Source of the DNA: Podarcis pityusensis
Lineage: Eukaryota
DNA: 64,000 nt
Strand: one strand, 5' to 3'
Assembly: GCA_964106645.2 (NCBI GenBank)
Contig: OZ067038.1
How positions within the stretch are numbered: position 1 is the first letter of the stretch; every line of letters begins with the position of its first letter. The translations under genes and the position numbers were made by a program. The notes under the pieces were generated by a model, which did not search any database, had not been told where the DNA came from, and saw only the letters and a program-made list of their open reading frames with translations. Below, piece by piece: positions 39,585 to 49,560 of the stretch.

Positions 39585-39826
39585 CAGTGGTGCCTCGCAA
39601 GACGAAATTAATTCGTTCTGCGAGTTTTTTCGTCTTGCGAATTTTTCGTCTTGCGAAGCACAGTTTCCCATAGGAATGCATTGAAAATCAATTAATGTTT
39701 TCGTTTTCGTCTTGCGAAGCAAGCCCATAGGGAAATTCATCTTGCGAAGCAACTCAAAAAACCAAAAACTCTTTCGTCTTGCGAGTTTTTCGTCTTGCAA
39801 GGCATTCGTCTTGCGAGGTACCACTG
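39585..39826. mobile_element. Tc1/mariner MITE, family C, with internal CGTCTTGCGA repeats
   Basis: TIR CAGTGGTGCCTCGCAAGACGAA...TTCGTCTTGCGAGGTACCACTG; TA TSD. Confidence 0.88.
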
Positions 39827-40231
39827 TATAGGTAAAAATGAATTAGGAAATGAGGTGTGCTTTACAGTATGTTGTGCCCAAGCCAGTTGTCAGGCTGGAT
39901 ACAATTCTATGCTTGCCCTGTGGGTCGCTGACCTGAGGTCCAAAGCACACTGAGGTACACACCTCAATTCCTTATGATTTTTAATACATTGGACATTATT
40001 GGTATGGGGCATCATGCTTGACAGTGTCTTGTCACTTCCTGTCTAGATCAAGATGGAGACCACTTCTTTCAGAGCTCTGAAAGAGGTCTCTGCAACCAGA
40101 TGGGGCCTCTTTGAGGAACCACAGGAGGATGGCCTGCAGTGCCTGGGGTGATCCCCCCCTCCCCACCCTATAATGAAGTCAGCCTGACAACTAGGAATAG
40201 GAGAGGCAGGAGAAGCCTTTTTGCATTGATC

Positions 40232-40424
40232 TAGGTACCGCTCCAGCGGGAAGGTAAACGGCGTTTCCGTGCACTGCTCTGGTTCGCCAGAAGCGGCTTA
40301 GTCATGCTGGCCACATGACCCGAAAGCTGTACGCCGGCTCCCTCGGCCAATAAAGTGAGATGAGCGCCGCAACCCCAGAGTCGGTCACAACTGGACCTAA
40401 TGGTCAGGGGTCCCTTTACCTTTA
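40232..40424 (+). mobile_element. Sauria SINE, 5'-truncated
   Basis: Same 3' half as the 28360 copy; ends CCCTTTACCTTTA. Confidence 0.88.
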
Positions 40425-41324
40425 AACACAGCAACTTACAATATTTTTCTTCTTATGGTAGCCCAATTGCTGTGGCAAAATACAATACAGGTACCAGTAG
40501 GTTAGAATTTACATGTATGTTTTGCTATCTTAACTGGACTCACATTATAATTGTCTGATCTTAACCATTATCAGCTGGAATCAACAGAACATAAAATAAT
40601 GTTGTCAAGCCATAAGAACTGGATTTAGCCTAAATGAAAATCCAGGGTCTACACTGCTTTTTTTTGGTAGATCACTAGTGATAACACTTTCTATTCTGAG
40701 AACCTTGCAATAATGCCAACTGGCTTAGGTTGCCATGAAGCATGAGTCACGGCTGAATTGGCAAGCACTGTCCTTCAGTGAATCCCCTAATAGTTACTGC
40801 AAATGAGTCTCTTACCAAACTCAAGTCGAGAAGACTAGGGCTAGTACAATTCTTCCACAATTCTTGCACTGTCTGTTCCTTGAATTTTAAGCTTGCGAGG
40901 TTCAAGGACCTGTTTTATCTTTTGCAAGGAGCCTATATCAACAATTGCCAATGCATTATTAATGATAATATAATCTATCACAGATATATGGGCATGGATC
41001 CTGAGACCCCTGAATGAAAGGAAGTTGACAAAGAGAATTTTCATTCCCCTACTCACCCCAGCACCCTATCCAATGGGGGAGAGGAGACAAAAGTAGGCAG
41101 CTTGAACAAGCAGTTTCACTTGAAGCTGCATTTGAGGCTGCCTCAAAATGCTAACGTTAGAAGGCACATTTGCAGGAGGGGGCAGGTAGGTGGAAGGGGG
41201 TGCTTAACCCAACTCATGGCTGCCAACTCTCCCTTGAAAACATATTCCGGGGTTCTACTCCTTTCCCCTCAGCATGGAGAATAGCATTTATGAGGAGAAT
41301 CGGTCAGCATGGAAATTATTAACC

Positions 41325-41459
41325 CAGCCTTCCCCAGCCTGGTGCCTTCGCCATGGACTATAACTCCCATCAGCCCCAGCCTCCGAAGCTGTGCTGGCTG
41401 GGGATCAATGGGAGTTGCAGTCCAAAATGGCTGAAGGACACCAGGTTAGGGAAGGCAGG
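41325..41459. mobile_element. Palindromic hAT-like MITE
   Basis: CAGCCTTCCCCAGCCTGGTG...CACCAGGTTAGGGAAGGCAG. Confidence 0.65.
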
Positions 41460-42198
41460 TTAAGCACTAACGTCCTCCCTTCTCCACTACAAGCCCACCT
41501 CTCAACCCAGTTGTGGGATTGCCTTGGCAAATAAGGGGTTGGGAAGAGGCTTTTGTGAAGGTTCTGCCTCTAGGGAAAATACTTATTTCAAGAGCTTAGA
41601 GAAATCCTTTGTTATACCATCAGCATTTGCAGTGGGGTTGACCTTTTTCGAAATAAAGAGGAGCGGATGCTTAATTTAAACAGCCCTGCACAATGGACCA
41701 AACATTACAAGTACTGTAAAAGGAAATGCAACCCTCAGATCAAGCCCTCCAACAAGTCCCTTGTAACAGCCCCACTCAGAAAGAGATAACTCCAGCTGAA
41801 ACACAAGTTGCTAGCAGTAAAGCAAGCTGTCCTGAAGGGTAGAAAATTAATGGGAGCTGCAGAGCCCCTCCTGGCCTTGGGGTGCCTTCTGTGATGCAAA
41901 GATGAATGCAGAATCTCAGGTCCCCTGCACTGAGACCACTCTTCAGGCAATTCTTGAAGACTGGCAAAAGGCTTTCCAAGGACTTTCAGCTTTCATTACC
42001 AGGCTAAACATGAACAGTAACACACTTGGATGAGTAGCTTAGAGTGGTATGGAATATGCTGGGAGTGTCGAGGTGCAACTCAGCTTGCACTGTGGGCTGG
42101 TGTATCTGCATGAGAAAGGGCAGAGAGAGAGGAACCTCCAAACTCCCTAGACTGTCCTTGTGTTCATCTTCCTTCAGAGCTAGATGGATACTCTTAGG

Positions 42199-42477
42199 TA
42201 GGGTTGCCATATTCTGAAGAGCAAAAAAGAGGACGCAATGATGACTCTCATTTTAAATACCCCTACAGTATGTAGGCTATAGAAGCTGTGATATATTGCT
42301 AAGGGGGGCAGGAGAAGAGAAGAGGAAAGCAAGTCTTTAACCACCAGTTGTATCTGTATCTCATCCAGAAGGTATAGCCAGAGACATTTTGGCAAATTTA
42401 AAAAATCCACCCGGACAGCATTTTTATCTCTGAAAAAGAGGACATGTCCTGGAAAAAGAGGACACATGGCAGCCCTA
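42199..42477. mobile_element. Non-autonomous DNA transposon with TAGGGTTGCCA TIRs
   Basis: TAGGGTTGCCAT...ATGGCAGCCCTA; repeated AAAAAGAGGAC subterminal motifs; a related left end lies at ~44600. Confidence 0.7.
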
Positions 42478-43244
42478 GTCAGTTGCTGACCTTACTTCTT
42501 ATTCCCTCCTTTTCTTCTTCATGCTTTCCTCTTGACATATCTTCCCAGCAGACATATTTTGGATCTCTCTTCTCTTGAGACGGAAGAGCAAGCATGGCTC
42601 ATCACATCTCAACCTTAGGAAAGATTCCCATTCTATTTGGCTATTGACACGTATTTCCAGTAATAAATATTCACTTTGTTTTCTTAAACCCAGCGTCTCC
42701 ACGTGATTACATCCAGGGAAAGTGTGCTTCTCCAACAAGGATTCTGCTTCAGTTCAGATTCTGCCGGCATTTAACTCCAAATGCTAAGAAAATATACCCC
42801 AGAACAGGTGCCAAAAGCAAAGAGACCGGAATTTACAGTCCTTTGCAGCCTCAACACTCCCAAGAACATATTTCAATTAAAGCATTAATAAGACTAGTAA
42901 GGAGGCTGCTTCTCTACTTCCTCTGCTCTCTGCTTTTAGAGTTCTCTGCAGGCCCCGCTGGAATATTTTCCAGCTCCAGCAAACAAAGAGAGTCTCTAAA
43001 AAGCTGCGCCTTATGCCTTTCATCTTCTGCCAAGTTCAGATAACATTTTAAGGTTATACTGGCTTTAAGTCCTATGTTTCCAGAAAAAAATTAATGGAAG
43101 AACAGAGTGTAACTGAAGTCAGGGACACTGTTCATTCTGTTCATTCATTAAACTTAAAGTGCAAAAGCAGAAATGTGGTTCATAGGGATCAGAAGCACTG
43201 AATGCATTTTCCATATTTATCCACACTCAATGCCCTCATTATCA

Positions 43245-44370
43245 CAGATTATTTAGTTCCACTCCAATCTGCATTCAGGCCAGGCCATGGGACTGAGTTG
43301 ACCACGGCTGACATGATGGATGACCTTCACAGAGAGGGGAACAAGGAGAGCGCAACCTTGTTCCTGCTTCTTGATCTCGCAAGCCAAGAGACTGAATCAA
43401 GAGGGTACAGCACTGGAAGAGTGCTTTTCAGCCCCCTGGTGGTTACGCTATGGGGTGCTGCAGAGCACTATTCTATCTCCAGAGCTATTTAATGCTACAC
43501 GAAGCCTCTGGGGGTGATCATTGGGAGCAAGATGCTATCAGAATGCTAACTACACTCAGTTTCATTTCTCTGTAACATCTGAATGAAGCTGTGTGGGCCC
43601 TGGGCTGGGGGCCTGGGTGGAGTGGTGAGATGGAGGAAGGAAAATAAGCTTAGCTTTAATTCTGGCAAGACAGAGGCACTATGGGTGAGTGGCTCCTGCA
43701 TCCAAGAAATTGGTCAACTGCTTGCCCTGGACAGTTTTGCACTGTCCCCAAAGGAACAGTTTTCAGTTGGGGGGTGTTTCTTGATCCAGCTCTGTCACTG
43801 GAGGCCCAGGGTAGCCTCAGTGGCTAGAAGTCCCTTTTACCAGTTGTAACCTTGTGACAGCCACATTCATTCCTGGATCAGAGAACCTGACCACAGTAGT
43901 TCAGGCACTGGTGACTTCAAGTTTGGATTACTGCAGTGCACTCTATGTGGGGCTTCCCTTGTGCTTGATCTGGAAAACACTTAGTAGTTAGGACCTTTTT
44001 ACTTGCCTTACCCCACTCAACCACTTCAGTTTGTGAAACTGGTACTACATAATACTCGCTTATAAGAAATCAGTATTTTAGTGTGGCAGCATTTACTTTA
44101 ATAATCTTAAGATACCTCTTTTTAACTGTTTTTAATCAATAATTTTAAGATGGCATCATAGAACTGTAGTGTTGGAAGTGACCCCAGGGGTCAATCCCCT
44201 TCAGTGCAGGAATCCTGCCCACAACCATCTCAGGGTGGGTTTGAACCACCAACCTTCTGGTTGACACAGGCAGATGCACTGAGATCAGGTTTTAGTATAT
44301 ATTTCTGTAAACCGCTTAGAGATTTTCCTGCAATCAAGCGGTATACAAATCCTGTTAAATATATTATCAA
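43245..44370 (+). mobile_element. Degraded L2-clade LINE (RT fragment plus 3' tail)
   Basis: DYLVPLQSAFRPGHGTE...DDL...LLLDL (RT start) and SSLDYCSALYVGLP near 43920; tail TGTAAACCGCTTAGAG...AAGCGGTATACAAAT. Frameshifted. Confidence 0.8.
44155..44265 (-). mobile_element. tRNA-Asn-derived SINE with a CR1 tail, inserted in the L2 fragment
   Basis: Reverse complement GTCAACCAGAAGGTTGGTGGTTCAAACCCACCC resembles the tRNA-Asn 3' half; followed by ATTCCTGCA...TTCCAACACTACAGTTCTATGA. Confidence 0.7.
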
Positions 44371-46142
44371 AATTGGGAGGTGCTGCATGCATTTTTAAAA
44401 TCACTGTGGGACTCACACCATATTTGCAACCTGAATGGATAATATTCGTAGGATATGAAAGCAAAAAAAAAAAAGGGGGGGGGGGATACCCAAGCCAATG
44501 CTGATACTTAGGCTTTATATTTTACTAAGTGGAATGACTGTAGCTTTGGTATTGAAAAGATGGCTTGTAGGTATATGCACATGGCAGAGGACTGTGAATT
44601 AGGGTTGCCATACGTCTGGAATTTCCAGGGCATATCCGGAATACTGCAGCCGCAAGCAGTGTCCAGTGTCAGCAGTGTTGTTTTTGCAGGTTTCCCTCAG
44701 AAATAGCTCATTTCTTTGAGATTTTGCAAAAGAAAAGTTCAACAACTTTTCTGTTCGAATTTTCACTTTTTGAAATATAGCAGCTCAAGTACAAAGGTCC
44801 TTCACTCTCCCTCCACTCTGTCACAAAGCACAGCAACAAAATTCAAGGAGCAATATTTCAAACTCTGCCAGCAAATCCCAACATGAATCACATTTAGCTT
44901 CTTCTCTCCCTTCTCTGGGCAACTGGTTATGCCATGTGGAGGTCAGGTGGCCAAACTCCCTGCTGACCTTTGCCATTAATTATCTGTGATCAACTGCATA
45001 CCCCTTCAGGCCTCCAGTCCCCCCCCCCTCCGACCCAATCACTCCCTTCGGCTTCTTTCCCTCCTAGCAAACAGCATATTTTTTCCCTTCCCCACACCTC
45101 TTGCCCCTCCCCCCCAGCAGAAGTATGTTCAACTAATTAAACTTTCATGCACACATAAGCTTGCCTGCATCTACTGGCTCCTACTTTGCATTACCTTACT
45201 CCAGCATTAAGAAACCGGGACACAGTTGTGGGTGGTGGCGGGTGAGCTGCACTCCTAAACTTTTCATAAGTATGTTTAGCACTACTGGAACATCAACTGT
45301 ACTGGAGAACAAAGCTCTTCTAAATCCTTTGCTAATGGGAATAGGCAGAGCTGGCAGTAAGGCTTATATGCCTACCCCATCCTTCATTCAACCCTTAAAA
45401 ACCAAATACAATCAGAGGAGCTTCTTCCCAGGTAAGTATGCCTGGGTTTGCAGCCTAAAGCCTTTTGCCAGGATTTGGGGAGAACATCTGGCAAGTGTCA
45501 ACAACAGTAATACTGCATCCCCCTCCCCAAGTGCAAAGAATGTTACTAACCAGCCAACCAACCTTTTTTGTCTGCCCTGCAAAGGCACCCTTTGGAGAAA
45601 GAGAAAAAGAGAAAGAGAAAGAGAAAGAAAGGGATCTGGAGTCCAGTTATTCATATATTTACTGTATTGGCCCCTTGCTGCAGTTGACAAAAGGATGGAA
45701 TCAAAGCACCATGACAATAAGCAGCATGTGAATACACTCCCACCAGACAATGCCACATACCAGCTCAATTCCCTCAGGATGCTAAACAGCAGTAGATAGG
45801 ATTCACACCAAGGCTACCTCTATTGGAAGCATCAAGCAGATTTTCTTTCCCAACCTCCACCAACATATGATTGCTACCAGAATTAGCAAGGGAATAAGAA
45901 TCTGTTTCTACTTCAGTATATAGGCTCACTAGATGGCTTTGGAAAAGTTGTCTATCTGTAAATTGGGAATAACCATCTGGCTCACAGGGCTGTCCAACCC
46001 TAACAGGAAACGAGTAGGTACTTCTGAAATTGCCACAGCAAATTTCTGTCAAAACTATGTTCATGACAATATGGTAGGCTTTCAAGATTATGAGTAAAGG
46101 TGCCTTGTGTTTTTTACTTTATTTACTGAATCATGCATCATG

Positions 46143-46507
46143 TAAAGGTAAAGGACCCCTGGACGCTTAAGGCCAGTCAAAGGCGACTATGGGGTTGTGG
46201 TGCTCATCTCGCTTTCAGGCCGAGGGAGCCAGCGTTTGTCCACAGACAGGTGGCCAGCATGACTAAACCGCTTCTGGCACAATGGAACACCATGACGGAA
46301 ACCAGAGCACACGGAAACGCCGTTACCCTTCCTGCCGCAGTGGTACCTATTTATCTACTTGCACTGGTGTGCTTTCAAACTGCTAAGTTGGCAGAACCTG
46401 GGACAGAGCAATGGGAGCTCACCCTGTCGCAGGGATTTGAACCGCTAACCTTCTGATCAGCAAACCCAAGAGGCTCAGTGGTTTAGACCACAGCATCACC
46501 CGCTCCC
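46143..46507 (-). mobile_element. Sauria SINE, near full length
   Basis: tRNA-like head with B box GGTTCAAATCC, central GCAAGTAGATAAATAGGTACC, and CCTTTACCTTTA tail. Confidence 0.88.
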
Positions 46508-47064
46508 ATACAATCATCCCTGCAACCAATGTATGTGTTATGACTGAAATTCTTAAACCATCAGCTTGATTTATAAAGATAATAGTTCTGAGGCACTTGA
46601 ACATTAAGCCTAACACAATCCCATGCCTATGTAATTGGGAGTCTCACTGAACCCAAAAGGACTTACAGGCACAGCACTGGGCTGCACAAGTACTTACATC
46701 AGACACTCTCCGTGTATGAAGGGGAAACAAAGGCTTATTGGCAGCATAAAAGTAAATAAAATACACAAATACCAAGCTGCAACAAGTCAAAGATTTAAAA
46801 TCTTCCCATTTATTGTAATATTAGCTTTCAAAGTCAAGAACCTACTTGTTGGCTTGACAACCACTAAAAAAAAATCTGAAGAGGGGGTTAATTTTTCTTA
46901 TGCTGCTGTTTTAGTGTTTTAACTGCAATTTGTATCGCATTGTTGAGGACCTTGGGAAACTATTGAGGGCCAAATGGCAGCACAGAATGTAAAAAAGAGA
47001 TTAACAATAGTTCACTAGCTGCATGACAGAGGTTTTTGCTCAGAAAGCTCATGCTTGCTATATA

Positions 47065-47323
47065 CCGTATTTTTTGCTCTATAAGACTCACTTTTTCCCT
47101 CTTAAAAAGTAAGGGGAAATGTGTGTGCGTCTTATGGAGCGAATGCAGGCTGCGCAGCTATCCCACAAGCCAGAACAGCAAGAGGGATTGCTGCTTTCAC
47201 TGTGCAGTGATCCCTCTTGCTGTTCTGGCTTCTGAGATTCAGAATATTTTTTTTCTTGCTTTCCTCCTCCAAAAACTAGGTGCGTCTTGTGGTCTGGTGC
47301 GTCTTATAGAGCGAAAAATACGG
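47065..47323. mobile_element. Tc1/mariner (Tc2/Mariner-like) MITE, family D
   Basis: TIR CCGTATTTTTTGCTCTATAAGAC...GTCTTATAGAGCGAAAAATACGG; TA TSD; internal palindrome AGAACAGCAAGAGGGAT. Confidence 0.88.
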
Positions 47324-48129
47324 TATATCTCTCAGATATGATTTGCCCCTTATCCATGGTTAGCCAATATATTAAACATTATATATTATGACCGAAGTGG
47401 CAATATGGTGCAGTGATTAGAGTGCCATACTAGAACCATCCACTATCTCACAAATCTAGACATTGTTGTAGGAATAAAATGAGAGATAGGTCCCATTGAA
47501 AAGAATTACCCTAACCTACCAAAAGTTCGAAGAAGACACAGGAGTATCTTAAGGCCATTTCCCCTATGCATTCTTTGGAGGATCATGCCCCTTTTCCACC
47601 CAAAGCATGCACAGGGCTCACCTTGCACAGGTTCAAATTTCATGTCAGTTACAAAAGCTCCCTAGAATCGTGGCCTCTCAGGCTCATGGGGCTGCTTAGC
47701 CTCTGAATAGGTGAGCTATAAAAATATATGAAGATGACCTTCTCTGAGGATATGGAGAATACATTTCCTTCATTGCCACCAATTAACCACATATTCACCC
47801 AAATATTAATTAGGCAGCAGAGCTTCCAAACAGGTCAGAGCTCTCACACATCTCGAATTAGAAATTTACCACTGCAGGGAAAGACTCGATATAGTTTGGC
47901 CCGGGTCGTATTAACTTGGGAGCAAGACCATCACATTTACTTGGAAGAAAGCATGCTTCGGATCGCAGCCCCGCACATCTATCGCTAAATGATGAAGAAG
48001 GTGTAATTAGCAGAAGGGAGATAATTTCAGGCTTAGCAGTTCTGCAGAAGGACCAACAAGCAAAGGAACTTTTACTACTGCTAGCAAAGAACTCTTACTA
48101 CAGCTCGAGTTATTATTACTTCTGATTTC

Positions 48130-49560
48130 ACACATGGGGCGGCCAAAAGGCGAGCCGAGCGCTCTAGGGCGCTAAAATAACTCGAGGAAACGGAAGGCGC
48201 CCCTTTGGGAGCTTTAAAAATTATTACGGTGGCGGTGACGGGCCGTGTATTTCAGGGAGAGGAGGGTGCCTCCGGGGGGGGGGGAGGGCTGTTCTTTTTC
48301 CAGCCTCCTCACTTTCCCAGCTCCCCGTTCAGACCGCGCGCCCCGAAGGCTGCTGCCCCACATCCCAGGTGCTGTGCCGTCGGCCACCTGCTGCCGTTGC
48401 CTCCGCCAAGCAATAAAGCGGGACAAAGGGGAGGCGCCGGGCGGGCAACGCACCTGCCGCCAGCAGCAGCTCGTCGTCCCCTTGCCCAGATTCATGCAGT
48501 TTTCCCACACAACTCATATTTCCCTAAAAAGAGGGACCCGCTGACGGCGGGCACCGTCTTCACGACGCACCTGCAAGGCGCAGCCAAGGCAGCCTCTCCT
48601 GGCAAGGGAGCGCTGAGCACCTGCCCGCGCTGAGCTGCTCGCGAGGGGTCTCTCCCTGAAGGGAAGGGATGCCTCCTCAACCCTCTGCGCCTGTGGTAAT
48701 GCGCGCCCGCTTCTCCACCACGCAAGATGCGCGCAGCCTGACCGAGCCGCGCTCGCGCCCTCCTCGCCTCGCTCTCCAGTCCAACCCTTCCTTCCAACTC
48801 TCCTCCTCCTCCAAGCCGGCACCTGCTCCTCCGAGCCGCTCCTCGCTCGACTTACTCGCCTCCCCACCACCCCGGTTCTTTCGCTCGGCGCTCGATTGGT
48901 TCGTTTCTCTCGCCATCGCAGGGTCAGGAGCTGCGCAGGCGCGGAGCAAGTGTGGGGGCGGGGGGAGAAATAAAAGAGCAGAGAGTCGGGAGACGGAGGA
49001 GGCGTGTCTCCAAAAAAGCAAAGTCCGACCCGGAAGCGCGCGCGCATGCGTGCTTAGTCAGGCGTTCTCGGAGCGGGTTCGTGGGTCGCCGGCTGCTGCG
49101 GGGAAAGGCGGGGAGTGGGGGGCGGCTGTGCTGCGGGGACACGCACGCACGCAGGCGCGCACCCGTCTCTGGATCCGCCATGGCAGGATCCGCGCAGGGG
49201 CCGCTAGGGAGGTTGCGGCACCTGTGCGGCCGCTACCAGGACTACGTGAAGCGACACCCGGCGGCCACGGCTCAGCTGGAGAGCACCGTGCGCGGCCTCT
49301 CTTACCTGTTGCCAGGTAGGCGGGGGGCGAGCCGGGGAGACCGAAGCCGGCGGGGGGGGGGGCGTTGAGGAATCCCAGCTCCCTTTCTCCAACGCAGAGT
49401 CGCCGCGGGGAAAGGTTTGCCATTTACCTCCCCCCACCCCCCGGCAGAAGATGCTGTGGGCGCGGCTTCAGAGCTGCGCGGCCGGCAGAAGTCCGGCAGG
49501 TGAAGTTTTCCCCAGCAGCTGTTAGAGGAGCGGGAGTTGTGCCAGGTCGGAAGGTGGCAG
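48130..49560 (+). promoter_or_regulatory. PEX16: CpG island/PEX16 housekeeping-type promoter
   Basis: Very CpG-rich. ETS/GABP motif CCGGAAG at 49030, NRF1-type GCGCATGCG at 49042, GC box near 48955 and inverted CCAAT near 48896. Confidence 0.85.
49180..49315 (+). CDS. PEX16: PEX16 exon 1: [45 protein letters not shown]
   Basis: Kozak context GCCATGG; donor G|GTAGG. Confidence 0.94.

Noticed and set aside
39585-39826. CRISPR-like spaced repeats (CGTCTTGCGA)
   Set aside because: Eukaryotic DNA; the repeats are 10 bp, irregularly spaced and bounded by TIRs with a TA TSD, so this is a MITE.
41735-42600. Possible two-exon minus-strand ORF (MLALPSQEKRD...EGIR joined to TLKEDEHKDS...)
   Set aside because: The would-be intron is almost entirely a MITE (42199-42477), leaving ~30 nt without it; no homology recognised and an early stop.
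45161-46085. 212-aa and 103-aa ORFs in the intergenic spacer
   Set aside because: Non-ATG starts, a simple (GA)-repeat-derived stretch, and no family resemblance or exon chain.
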